Origin: Bacteroidales bacterium
GTDB taxonomy: Bacteria; Bacteroidota; Bacteroidia; Bacteroidales; GCA-2748055
Reading direction: 5' to 3'
DNA length: 64,000 nucleotides
Assembly (NCBI GenBank): GCA_046485075.1
Contig: JAWOHR010000212.1
Location: 422-64,421 of the forward strand
The notes under the pieces are model-generated. The model saw only the letters and a list, made by a program, of their open reading frames with translations, did not search any database and was not told where the DNA came from. This document shows positions 1 to 9,572 of the stretch, piece after piece. Position 1 is the stretch's first letter. Every line of letters begins with the position of its first letter. Position numbers and translations under genes: made by a program.

Positions 1-735
1 TCGCAGGTGGCAGGATTGCCGTCTCTGACCGTTAGAGAGCTTGTTTCTCTCGGAAGAATGCCACATACAGGATGGCTCGGCAGGCTGGGGAAGAGAGATA
101 TGGAGATGGTGGAGCATACGATCCTGGAGTTGGGTCTGGGGCCATATATGGAAAGGAAACTGGATCAGTTGAGCGACGGAGAGAAGCAGCGGGTGATGAT
201 AGCCCGGGCACTGGTGCAGGACACACCCAATATGGTATTGGATGAACCAGCCGCTTACCTGGATATCCCCAATAAGTATGAACTGATCCGATTGCTCTCT
301 TTATTCCGGGACCGGGGTAAAACCATTGTCTACTCTACGCATGACCTGGAAACGGCACTCCTGTGTGCCGATAAATTCTGGGTGATCACGGATGGATTCA
401 TTCGTGAAGGATCTCCGGAGGACCTGGGTTTAGAGGGACTCTTTCAACAGCTTTTCGATGGCACGGGTATCACTTTTGATATGGAATCGGGGAGATTTAT
501 CCATTCCATCGATTCCCGGGGAAGTGTGGCACTTTCCGGCGCTTCTAGGGAGGCGGTTGCATGGACCAGGCACCTGCTTCGGAGAATCGGATTCACGGTA
601 TCTGCCGGGGATCAACCCATTGGAATCATGGTTCAATCAGGGGATAAACATTACTGGGAAATCGTACGGGAGGGTAAAGTTACTAAGGCTGACTCTCTCT
701 ATGACATGGCCCGGTTTTTGATCCAAAAACGATAA
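1..735 (+). CDS. ABC transporter ATP-binding protein, 5'-truncated by the window edge, with an extra C-terminal domain of about 110 aa
   Basis: The reading frame is open to position 1. It carries an ABC signature variant (LSDGEKQRVMIARAL), Walker B (MVLDEPAAYLD) and an H-loop (YSTHDL). Confidence 0.85.
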   Translation, partial: SQVAGLPSLTVRELVSLGRMPHTGWLGRLGKRDMEMVEHTILELGLGPYMERKLDQLSDGEKQRVMIARALVQDTPNMVLDEPAAYLDIPNKYELIRLLSLFRDRGKTIVYSTHDLETALLCADKFWVITDGFIREGSPEDLGLEGLFQQLFDGTGITFDMESGRFIHSIDSRGSVALSGASREAVAWTRHLLRRIGFTVSAGDQPIGIMVQSGDKHYWEIVREGKVTKADSLYDMARFLIQKR

Positions 736-771
736 TTCATTATTTTGAACATCACTTAAAACTACAAAATC

Positions 772-972
772 ATGAAAGTAAAAAAGATTTTTGCCTATTC
801 ACTTTCCACTCTTGTTTTACTTTTTTCATTAGTGGCCATCCTGGGCATCTGGGAACTGGTGGATATTGAATTCCTGATGGCCCGGTTGTTCAAGTCACTG
901 ATGGTGATCCTTGCCGCTGCAGCGGTGGTTGTGCTGATCTTCTCAATACTGGATCGTCCCCAGCAGCGCTAA
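772..972 (+). CDS. small hypothetical membrane protein (66 aa)
   Basis: ATG-initiated ORF with two hydrophobic helices. Its 3' end overlaps the convergent glycosyltransferase gene by 30 nt. No recognisable family. Confidence 0.3.
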   Translation: MKVKKIFAYSLSTLVLLFSLVAILGIWELVDIEFLMARLFKSLMVILAAAAVVVLIFSILDRPQQR

Positions 973-2070
973 GATTTTTTTTGCTCCGGCTTTGTTGGAA
1001 TACTCCTTCAGGGCTGACTCCCGCTCAATGACCTGTTGTTCAATGAAGGGACGTTTCATAAGTTCCTCCAGCTGATCGGTCATATCCTTCGGCTCTTCAG
1101 CAAGCTGGCAAAGGGATTCCAGACCTGTTCCCCCTATCATTTCGCTATTTACAAGGCAGTGCCTTCCTCCGAAGAGTGCATGCAGGAGTTTTAACTTAAT
1201 TCCGGTTGACTGGGCAGTGTATAGAAGGTTTACCTGGGCATCAGCGATCAGCCCGTCCATTTCCTTGTCGGAGGGATTGGCAATGACGCTGATATTTGAC
1301 CATGCCGATAGTTTCCGGATAAACGATTTGGAAGGGTTCTTTCCTGCTACCAATACCCTGTGGGAGATCTTTGAAAGTACATTACCGGCAATCCGGAGGA
1401 AGACATCAGAATTTTCTGCAACGGCCAAATTCCCGTGGAACAGGATGTAATCTCCCAGTCCGGGCTTAATGGTGATCTCATCAAATCTGTGAAACGCATG
1501 AATCAGAGAGGAGTGACCATACTTCTCCAGAAAATAATCCGTTTCCGGTCTGGAAATTCCAAGAATATGATCCGCATATCCCAGGACCTTCTCATAGTGG
1601 CGAAGTTTAATGGCCTCTGTATAAAGAAATATCTTATCATACAGCCTGTTTTCACTTCTGGAAAGGGCCTGGTAGTAATAATGCTCAATGTTATGTGCCC
1701 TTACCAGACACTTCTTACCTGCCTGAGCATAATGTACCAACCGGGAGGTGGAGTGCAGACCTTCGAAAAGTATCGGATAATTGTCTCTCAGGATTCTCTT
1801 TGGCATGATATTTGAATTCCTGGTAGTAACTATGTATGGATCTCTGTGGAGTGCATAGAAAAACCCGGAGTCTCTTTTATAATAGTGAACTTCAGCACAG
1901 AGATCCTCCAGTTCTTTGGAAGGCTGTCGGCCATATGTATAGCAATGAAGTATGATCTTAACTCCCTCCTGTTTCAGAGACTTCAACTTATAGTAGATGT
2001 CTATGACTCCCCCGTAGTCTGCCGGGTGCGGAACATTGAATGCGATTACATGAAGGTGTTGATCCGGCAT
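943..2070 (-). CDS. glycosyltransferase (GT-B fold, family 1/4-like)
   Basis: 375-aa ORF. The N-terminus (HVIAFNVPHPADYGGVIDIYYKLKSL) resembles a conserved Bacteroidota glycosyltransferase family. Recognition is from memory only. Confidence 0.5.
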   Translation of the reverse strand: MPDQHLHVIAFNVPHPADYGGVIDIYYKLKSLKQEGVKIILHCYTYGRQPSKELEDLCAEVHYYKRDSGFFYALHRDPYIVTTRNSNIMPKRILRDNYPILFEGLHSTSRLVHYAQAGKKCLVRAHNIEHYYYQALSRSENRLYDKIFLYTEAIKLRHYEKVLGYADHILGISRPETDYFLEKYGHSSLIHAFHRFDEITIKPGLGDYILFHGNLAVAENSDVFLRIAGNVLSKISHRVLVAGKNPSKSFIRKLSAWSNISVIANPSDKEMDGLIADAQVNLLYTAQSTGIKLKLLHALFGGRHCLVNSEMIGGTGLESLCQLAEEPKDMTDQLEELMKRPFIEQQVIERESALKEYSNKAGAKKILALLGTIQY

Positions 2071-2288
2071 GTTAAATCCTTTGAGGAAACTGCTCTCTGA
2101 GCTTTAAAGATAAGGTAAAAACATTAACATATTTTAAGGTTCTTTTTAAAATTTTAATGCAACAATTTAGCAATTTGCACGTTATATAGAATGTAGAAAG
2201 TTTATTGATTATCAGTGTGATAATTTCGTTCTTTTCATCTACAATTCATTTCATAGATTTAGTTTTAGGGTTAGTTTAGTTTTAAGGT

Positions 2289-2319
2289 CCCTCTGCGCTC
2301 GCGGGGGGATCTTTTTTTT
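2289..2319 (+). terminator. terminator-like GC-rich hairpin (cctctgcg/cgcgggggg) followed by a T8 run, 25 nt upstream of the argS ATG; function unclear
   Basis: Seen directly in the sequence: an 8-9 bp stem including G:U pairs at 2289-2308, then tttttttt at 2312-2319. There is no upstream + strand gene for it to terminate. Confidence 0.3.
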
Positions 2320-2326
2320 ATCTTTG
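2319..2326 (+). promoter_or_regulatory. candidate Bacteroidota primary-sigma -7 box TAtcTTTG for argS
   Basis: Exact match to the TAnnTTTG consensus, 19 nt upstream of the ATG at 2345. The box overlaps the TTG at 2324 that the ORF track uses as start, which argues for 2345 as the real start. Confidence 0.4.
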
Positions 2327-2344
2327 TCCGTCAGTAACGAAAAT

Positions 2345-4126
2345 ATGCAACGAATAGAACAAATTATAAAAACCCTGGCCATTGATGCCATCCATTCCTC
2401 CTGGAATACAAAAGTGCCCGAAGAGACGGTACAGGTTCAGAAAACCAGAAAAGAGTTTCAGGGAGATTATACACTGGTGGTATTTCCCTTATTGAAATTT
2501 TCAAAAAGAAGCCCCGAAGAGACAGCAGTAACCCTGGGAACTTATATTGTCGAGCACTCCAATATGATCTCCGGTTTCAATGTGATCAAGGGATTCCTTA
2601 ATCTTTTGGTTTCACACAATTTCTGGAGAGAGATGCTTCAGGGCGATCTTTCCGATCGGGGTTACGGCAGTACTCCCCTGACCCAATCCTCACCCCGGGT
2701 GATGATCGAATATTCATCCCCCAACACCAATAAACCACTCCATTTGGGTCATATCCGGAACATCCTGCTTGGACATTCCATGGCCAAAATTCTTAAATTC
2801 AGTGGTAGGCAGGTCAGGCAGGTGAACCTGGTAAACGACCGTGGAATCCATATCTGTAAATCCATGCTGGCATGGAAAAAGGAAGGAGACGGGGAGACTC
2901 CGGTTTCTTCCGGGCTAAAGGGAGATCACCTCGTAGGGAAGTACTATGTGATGTATGACCAGATGTTCAAAAAGCAAGTTAAAAATCTGGTTGATAGCGG
3001 AATACCTGAAAAGGAGGCGGAGGCAGAAGCTCCTGTGCTCCGGGAGGCGCGAGAGATGCTCCTGAAATGGGAGGCTGAAGATCCTGAGATACGCGCGCTT
3101 TGGGAGATGATGAATGGATGGGTTTACGCTGGCTTTGAGGAGACTTACCTCAGACTTGGAATTGAATTTGATAAAACCTATTACGAATCTGAAACCTATA
3201 AGCTGGGGAAATCAATTATCCTGAAAGGGCTCGAAGAAGGAGTTCTTTACTCCCGTGAAGACGGCTCCATTTGGGCAAACCTCGAGGAAGAGGGACTGGA
3301 TCATAAATTATTATTACGCTCCGACGGAACATCTGTCTATATGACCCAGGATATTGGGACTGCCCGGCAACGATTCAACGAGTTTGAGTTTGATTCACAT
3401 ATTTATGTGGTAGGAAATGAGCAGAACTACCATTTTCAGGTGTTAACCCTTGTATTGAAAAAGCTTGGATATGATTGGGCCGACCGGCTCTTTCATCTCT
3501 CCTATGGCATGGTTGAACTCCCGGAGGGAAAGATGAAATCAAGGGAGGGAACAATAGTGGATGCAGATGATCTGATGGATGAAATGGAAGCCACAGCCCA
3601 CCAGATGTCTGAGGAACTCGGGAAGCTGGATGAATACGATATTCAGGAGAGGGACAGGATCAACAGACAGGTGGGAATGGGTGCACTGAAATATTTTATA
3701 CTAAAGGTTGATGCCCGGAAGAACATGACTTTTGATCCCCGCGAATCAGTTGATTTCAATGGGAATACAGGGCCATTTATTCAATACACTTATGCAAGGA
3801 TTATGAGCCTGATCAGAAAAGGGTCTTTGATCCTCCGAAACGCAGGGAATACTCCCCTGGTTGACAAGGAGGTGTCACTGATCAGAATTATATATGACTA
3901 CCCTGAGGTAATCCGTGAAGCGTCCGATTCTCTTAACCCATCCCTGGTTGCAAATTTTCTTTATGAACTGGCCAAAGAGTTCAACCAGTATTATCACGAC
4001 CATAGTATCTTAAGTGCTGAAAGTGAGGAGCTGGTAGGTTTGCGTCTTCTGTTGGTTGAGGTTATCGGACAGGTGATTGAATCGGGGATGGATCTGTTGG
4101 GTATAGAAATGCCGGAACGAATGTAA
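2345..4126 (+). CDS. argS: arginine--tRNA ligase
   Basis: Class I HIGH motif (PLHLGHIRN), a KMSKS-like motif (GKMKSREG), and typical ArgRS length and C-terminal anticodon-binding region. Start moved to the first ATG. Confidence 0.95.
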   Translation: MQRIEQIIKTLAIDAIHSSWNTKVPEETVQVQKTRKEFQGDYTLVVFPLLKFSKRSPEETAVTLGTYIVEHSNMISGFNVIKGFLNLLVSHNFWREMLQGDLSDRGYGSTPLTQSSPRVMIEYSSPNTNKPLHLGHIRNILLGHSMAKILKFSGRQVRQVNLVNDRGIHICKSMLAWKKEGDGETPVSSGLKGDHLVGKYYVMYDQMFKKQVKNLVDSGIPEKEAEAEAPVLREAREMLLKWEAEDPEIRALWEMMNGWVYAGFEETYLRLGIEFDKTYYESETYKLGKSIILKGLEEGVLYSREDGSIWANLEEEGLDHKLLLRSDGTSVYMTQDIGTARQRFNEFEFDSHIYVVGNEQNYHFQVLTLVLKKLGYDWADRLFHLSYGMVELPEGKMKSREGTIVDADDLMDEMEATAHQMSEELGKLDEYDIQERDRINRQVGMGALKYFILKVDARKNMTFDPRESVDFNGNTGPFIQYTYARIMSLIRKGSLILRNAGNTPLVDKEVSLIRIIYDYPEVIREASDSLNPSLVANFLYELAKEFNQYYHDHSILSAESEELVGLRLLLVEVIGQVIESGMDLLGIEMPERM

Positions 4127-4166
4127 CCCGGGTAAATTTCTCTGCAATTTGAATATACAGCCATCT

Positions 4167-5315
4167 ATGAAACGGATTTTTATGTTACTGTTGGTAGTTC
4201 AGGTGACCATGGTCATTTCCGCCCAGAAGAGCAGGGTACTTTCCGCTGGTCAGATGATTGACCAGGGGAAATACGAGGAGGCAAAGGAGACTATCGAGCT
4301 TGCTATCTGGAACGAAAAGACTTCGTCATGGGCCCGGACCTATTATACCAGGGGCTTGCTTTGTCAGACTGCACATGAAGATGGGTTCGAGAAAAGGGAG
4401 GTCAAAAAGACAAGTCTCTATCCCGATCAGCTGTACCTTGCCTACAGCTCCTATGAACAGGCGATTGAGCTGGATGTAAGAAAACGGCTTCAACCTTCCA
4501 TTTCTCAGAAGTACTATCACCTTTCCAACGATTTCAGAAAAATGGGGCAGCGGCTATTCCAAAACGGCGAATTTGAAGGTGCATTTCGCGCCTTTGAACA
4601 TGCATTACTGGTGAACAATAGCAACCTGATCCATGCTAAGGCAGATACCAGCCTGATATATAATACAGCCCTGGCTGCTTATGAGAGTCAAAACTGGGAT
4701 ATGGCGATTGGTTACCTTACAGGATTGCATGAATTTGGACACGCCCCGGCCACCTCCATTCTGCTACACAATGCGTTTTTGGAAAACGGTGATTCCGCCA
4801 GGGCAGAGGAGGTGCTTAAGGAGGGTATTGAGATACACCATTATGAAAATCAGGTGGTGCTTTACCTGGTTAATCTTTATGTGGAAAGCGGCCGAAGCGA
4901 TCAGGCCCAGAGAATTTTGGAGGAAGCCATCAAAGAAAGGCCCGAAAACCATCGGTTTTTGTGGACCCGGGGATTGGTCTACATCAAAATGGGTCAACCT
5001 GAACAGGCCATTGAAAGCCTCAAGGCTTCCCTTGACCTGGCCCCCGGAGAATCAAAATTATACTACCATATTGGGGTGATTTACTATAATATGGGGATTG
5101 ATCTGACCGACAAATCAGTGCAGATTACCAATATTAACGAATACCTGGAGATGAAGAATCTTGCAAGGGATCGTTTCCGGGAGGCTGTGACCTGGCTTGA
5201 AAAATCCTTTGAAATGGATCCCTATAACGATGAGGCCATTTCAAAGCTTTATCACCTCTATAACCAACTTCAATTGGAGGAGAAGGAGGAGGCACTGAAG
5301 CTTCTGTTGGAGTGA
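4167..5315 (+). CDS. TPR repeat-containing secreted protein
   Basis: Signal peptide (MKRIFMLLLVVQVTMVISAQ) followed by several TPR-like repeats. Start set at the first ATG rather than the TTG at 4149. Confidence 0.7.
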   Translation: MKRIFMLLLVVQVTMVISAQKSRVLSAGQMIDQGKYEEAKETIELAIWNEKTSSWARTYYTRGLLCQTAHEDGFEKREVKKTSLYPDQLYLAYSSYEQAIELDVRKRLQPSISQKYYHLSNDFRKMGQRLFQNGEFEGAFRAFEHALLVNNSNLIHAKADTSLIYNTALAAYESQNWDMAIGYLTGLHEFGHAPATSILLHNAFLENGDSARAEEVLKEGIEIHHYENQVVLYLVNLYVESGRSDQAQRILEEAIKERPENHRFLWTRGLVYIKMGQPEQAIESLKASLDLAPGESKLYYHIGVIYYNMGIDLTDKSVQITNINEYLEMKNLARDRFREAVTWLEKSFEMDPYNDEAISKLYHLYNQLQLEEKEEALKLLLE

Positions 5316-7214
5316 TCAGAGGTTGAATGAAAGGGTGAGCCCCAGAAACTCCCGGAATTGTGGTCTGGCTACCTCTTTTTTACTTCCGTCGGGATGTGTG
5401 ACTGGCTCGTCATTAGCGTCATAAACAGGGAACCGCACATCGTCATCATAAATCAGATGCAGGTTCAGGCGAATGGTGAAAAACCAGTTGATCTTCTGCT
5501 CTATGATCATTTCCCAATCCACATCCACATTCTGAGGTTTGTACAGGTAGTTGGAAAAGAGTCTCACCCGGTTGATCATGGTAAGGTCTTTTAAAGGTCT
5601 GATTTCATTATTGAGCACCACCTGTAAACCCATCTCTCTTTTAGCCGACTTATCTGAAGCGATGCCGTGCCTGGTCTGGTCAATATGAGCTGTGTCGAGA
5701 ACAAAGGTCGTTTTGTAGGAGAGTGGGGCAAAGTTGATGGTGGTTTTCTCCATGGGTTTATACTCGGCACCCAACCCCAGGGTAATCGTTCCCGGATTCA
5801 GAAATTTTGAAACAGGAACTGAATCGTTGGGGTAGTTAAAACCCTTTGCGATCTGGGTCTTCATATAGAGTGAAGAACTCATCCCAATCTTTCCCCAAGC
5901 ATTCAGGTTATATTTGGAGTCCACCTCAAACTGGTCATTGTTTACCCGGTTTCCCTTCTCCTTGGTCCAGATGGTACCGAATTTCCACCTGGCGACATTG
6001 ATCCACTGGGTGTTTGCATCCTTATTATTGTAAGTGGCCCTGCCCATCACATCAATCGTTGTGGAAAAAGAACTCTCTCCACCCTTGGTCCAGTTGCCCA
6101 GGTAGGTTTGGCTCAGACCCAGAAGATTGGACATTGCAAAATCCCAGTATATGGGCTCCGGCTCAAGCATGGCCATCTCCTGAAGGGCTCTTTTTGGCTG
6201 TTCGAGAAATGAGGGCAGGTAACTGATCTTCTCCTGAACCAACCGGTTGAAATTGACATCATCCTCCATCAGCAGGCTGACCTCGTTGGTACCGGGATTC
6301 CCGATCCAGAGGGTAAGGGAGTCATTATTAAAGTTTTTCACCCAGAACCTGAAAGTCCGGTCTCTTCCGGTGGTCAGCCAATAGGGGGTATTCTGACCAA
6401 ACATATCGTTGATTATCAGTAATGTGGAATCTCTCCGGAGGTTGTAATCAAGCAGGGTATTGATCGCTTTCTGAAGCGAATCAAGCTGATGTTTACCACC
6501 GAGAATATAAAATGGAGAGGTTTCATCAGCGATCCAGGTGGTTCCGGGCAGGGAATAATGAATCTGAGTCCGGTCTTTGGAAAGCCGGGCCACTCTCCCC
6601 GAAGAAAGATTGGAGAGGGGAGGGGTAATGGACCCGTTAAGATATTTGTAAAGTTTGATCTCCAGCTCCCTGATTGCCGCAGTGTCAATAACCTGTTGAA
6701 GAATTGTGTCGGGGATAAACAGGGTTGAGTCAAGCTTTCCGTTCTCATCCAGTAGTGAGTCAGAAAGTATCAGAGTGGAGAAATCAACCGGGTAGACATA
6801 ACGTTCCTCCATTTTCAGGTAAAGGTTCGAGTTCCACCCCTGTGGATTAACCACAAAGGTGGAGTCATTGATCCATTTAACATCAACTGTCTCAACTACG
6901 ACCGGTGTTTCCCAGTGAATCGGTACCTTACTGAAATCATTGGAACGGAGAAACAGGGCTGCCGAATCATACGGCTCCCGGGTATGGTCCAGGAGCCTTT
7001 GAAGCGCTTCAACCACGATCTCCGAATCGGCCCTCCAAAGTTCCCTGTTGAGGGTGGCACGTTCCACATATTTCCACGCTGAATTCACATCGAATAAAGA
7101 ATCGGCAAAAGAACCATCAGGAATAGATTGCTCTGACCCGCTGTTAACAGCAGACTGAGCCATAATCTGACAGGTGGCCAGTAGTGCCAGAAATATCGGG
7201 AACAGTTGTCTCAT
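5316..7214 (-). CDS. secreted/outer-membrane protein with a C-terminal DUF3078-like beta-barrel
   Basis: Signal peptide (MRQLFPIFLALLATCQIMAQS). The C-terminal half has alternating beta-strand patterns and an NWTKGGES motif reminiscent of DUF3078. It ends in an aromatic/hydrophobic tail (LTLSFNL). Confidence 0.5.
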   Translation of the reverse strand: MRQLFPIFLALLATCQIMAQSAVNSGSEQSIPDGSFADSLFDVNSAWKYVERATLNRELWRADSEIVVEALQRLLDHTREPYDSAALFLRSNDFSKVPIHWETPVVVETVDVKWINDSTFVVNPQGWNSNLYLKMEERYVYPVDFSTLILSDSLLDENGKLDSTLFIPDTILQQVIDTAAIRELEIKLYKYLNGSITPPLSNLSSGRVARLSKDRTQIHYSLPGTTWIADETSPFYILGGKHQLDSLQKAINTLLDYNLRRDSTLLIINDMFGQNTPYWLTTGRDRTFRFWVKNFNNDSLTLWIGNPGTNEVSLLMEDDVNFNRLVQEKISYLPSFLEQPKRALQEMAMLEPEPIYWDFAMSNLLGLSQTYLGNWTKGGESSFSTTIDVMGRATYNNKDANTQWINVARWKFGTIWTKEKGNRVNNDQFEVDSKYNLNAWGKIGMSSSLYMKTQIAKGFNYPNDSVPVSKFLNPGTITLGLGAEYKPMEKTTINFAPLSYKTTFVLDTAHIDQTRHGIASDKSAKREMGLQVVLNNEIRPLKDLTMINRVRLFSNYLYKPQNVDVDWEMIIEQKINWFFTIRLNLHLIYDDDVRFPVYDANDEPVTHPDGSKKEVARPQFREFLGLTLSFNL

Positions 7215-7232
7215 AATAGAGAAAACGTGAAT

Positions 7233-8108
7233 TTAACTGTATATATTTCCCTTTGCCGCAAGAAGGGTATTACTTAGCAGGGACACCCTGGTCATTGGAC
7301 CCACTCCGCCCGGAACAGGGGTGATATAGGAACATAACGGAGCTACTTCATCGTATACCACATCACCCATCAGCCGAAAGCCGGATTTTGTTTCATTGGA
7401 GGGGACCCTGGTGGTACCTACATCAATCACTACGGCTCCTTCCTTGACCATGGATCCTTTGATAAAACCGGGAGCTCCCAATGCAGCAATCAGGATATCA
7501 GCTGATGCACACAACTTATCAAGGTCTTTTGTGCGGCTATGCGCTACTGTTACCGTTGCATTCATCGATTTCTGTGACATCAGAATACTCATGGGTCGTC
7601 CGACAATATTGCTACGGCCCACCACCACACAGTTTTTCCCTGATGTCTCGATCCCGTATCTTTTCAGCAATTCAATGATTCCAAAAGGTGTTGCAGATAT
7701 GAATGAGGGGAGTCCGATCACCGTTCTGCCCACATTCACAGGGTGAAACCCATCCACATCTTTTTTTGGGTTGATCGCCTCGATCACTTTCTGCTCACTA
7801 ATGTGACCGGGAAGGGGTAATTGCACAATAAAACCATCCAGATCCTTATCGCTGTTCAACTCTGCTATTTTATCCAGCAGGATATCCTCTGCAATATTCT
7901 CTTCGAAACGAACGAGAGTCGACCTGAACCCAACCTCCTCACAATCCTTGATCTTATAGGCCACATAGGTTTCACTTCCTCCGTCGTGCCCCACAAGAAT
8001 TGCAGCCAGGTGGGGAGCACGCCGGCCACTGGCTGTTATGACATCCACTTCAGCCCTGATTTCGGCTTTAATTTTCGTGGCCGTAGCCTTTCCATCTATG
8101 ATCTGCAT
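7233..8108 (-). CDS. folD: bifunctional methylenetetrahydrofolate dehydrogenase/methenyltetrahydrofolate cyclohydrolase
   Basis: Full-length FolD-like protein with [12 protein letters not shown] and [10 protein letters not shown] motifs. Confidence 0.95.
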   Translation of the reverse strand: MQIIDGKATATKIKAEIRAEVDVITASGRRAPHLAAILVGHDGGSETYVAYKIKDCEEVGFRSTLVRFEENIAEDILLDKIAELNSDKDLDGFIVQLPLPGHISEQKVIEAINPKKDVDGFHPVNVGRTVIGLPSFISATPFGIIELLKRYGIETSGKNCVVVGRSNIVGRPMSILMSQKSMNATVTVAHSRTKDLDKLCASADILIAALGAPGFIKGSMVKEGAVVIDVGTTRVPSNETKSGFRLMGDVVYDEVAPLCSYITPVPGGVGPMTRVSLLSNTLLAAKGNIYS

Positions 8109-8180
8109 CCTCTATTTTTAATTACAATGAACCTCCATCTTTCGTACTCTGGGTAACTTAATTACGGTTATTGCCCGCGG

Positions 8181-9503
8181 CTAGCGTAATTTGGGCATCT
8201 GCAATTTTTTTCCCTTGGAAGAAGTCATCATTTTCATCATTTTCCGGGTCTCATCAAACTGCTTTACAAGCCTGTTCACCTCTGCCACCGAAGTGCCACT
8301 GCCATCGGCGATCCTTTTCCTCCTGCTACCGTTCAGGAGTGCCGGATCTGAGCGTTCCTCAGGGGTCATGGAGTTGATGATGGCCTCAATTCCCATGAAA
8401 GCATCATCATCCAAATCCATATTTTTGAGCGCTTTCCCCATCCCTGGAATCATGGAAGCAAGATCCTTGATATTACCCATTTTTTTGATCTGCTGGATCT
8501 GTGACATGAAGTCGGTGAAATCGAACTGGTTTTTGGCGATCTTCTTCTGCAATATCCGGGCCTCCTCCTGGTCAAACTGCTCCTGGGCCTTTTCAACCAG
8601 CGATACAATATCACCCATACCCAGGATACGGTCTGCCATCCGTTTGGGATGGAATGCATCCAGGGCATCCATCTTCTCCCCGGTTCCCACAAATTTTATG
8701 GGTTTGTTGACCACCGACCTTATGGAAAGAGCTGCACCTCCCCGGGTATCACCATCCAGCTTGGTCAGAACTACCCCGTCAAAATCGAGTCTGTCATTGA
8801 ATTCACTTGCGGTATTTACAGCATCCTGTCCTGTCATGGAGTCCACAACGAAGAGGATCTCATGGGGAGTTACCGCATCTTTTACCGCTGTAATCTCCTT
8901 CATCATCTCCTCGTCAATGGCAAGGCGTCCTGCTGTATCGATAATGACTGTGTTGAAACCCTTCATCCTGGCCTCTCTGATTGCTGCTTTGGCAATCTTG
9001 ACCGGGTTCATGTTTCCATCCTCGGTATAGACAGGTACATTCACCTGCTCCCCTATAATCCTGAGTTGTTCAATGGCCGCAGGCCTGTAAACATCTCCCG
9101 CAACCAGCAGGGGATTTTTACCCTGTTTATTTTTCAGATGTAAGGCCAGTTTTCCCGAAAAGGTGGTTTTACCGGATCCCTGAAGACCTGCAATCAGGAT
9201 AACAGTGGGATTCCCCTTCAGCTGGATGGGTTCGTTCTCGCCCCCCATAAGGCGGGTGAGGTGGTCATGAACTATTTTAACCATCATCTCTGATGGTTTG
9301 ACCGCTGACAGTATCTTCTGACCAAGGGCTGCCTCCTTTACCTCTTCGGTAAACTGCTTGGCAATTTTAAAATTGACATCAGCATCCAGAAGGGCACGCC
9401 TGACATCCTTCAGCGTTTCAGCAACATTGATCTCTGTAATTCTGCCCTGGCCCTTCAATAATTTGAAGGAGCGTTCAAGTCGGTCCGATAAATTTTCAAA
9501 CAT
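8181..9503 (-). CDS. ffh: signal recognition particle protein
   Basis: SRP54-type GTPase motifs (GLQGSGKTT, DTAGR, TKLDGD) and a Met-rich C-terminal M domain. Confidence 0.97.
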   Translation of the reverse strand: MFENLSDRLERSFKLLKGQGRITEINVAETLKDVRRALLDADVNFKIAKQFTEEVKEAALGQKILSAVKPSEMMVKIVHDHLTRLMGGENEPIQLKGNPTVILIAGLQGSGKTTFSGKLALHLKNKQGKNPLLVAGDVYRPAAIEQLRIIGEQVNVPVYTEDGNMNPVKIAKAAIREARMKGFNTVIIDTAGRLAIDEEMMKEITAVKDAVTPHEILFVVDSMTGQDAVNTASEFNDRLDFDGVVLTKLDGDTRGGAALSIRSVVNKPIKFVGTGEKMDALDAFHPKRMADRILGMGDIVSLVEKAQEQFDQEEARILQKKIAKNQFDFTDFMSQIQQIKKMGNIKDLASMIPGMGKALKNMDLDDDAFMGIEAIINSMTPEERSDPALLNGSRRKRIADGSGTSVAEVNRLVKQFDETRKMMKMMTSSKGKKLQMPKLR

Positions 9504-9572
9504 CTGCCTTAGATTAATTCAGGCAGCAAAAGTAGCTAAAATCGGGCAGAGATAAAAGGAGAGCCGGATAGA

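Noticed and set aside
8191-9030. 279-aa ORF on the + strand, entirely inside ffh
   Set aside because: It is antisense to a strongly conserved gene and its product is low-complexity and Ser/Phe/Ile-rich, with no motif. It is a typical shadow ORF of a long gene.
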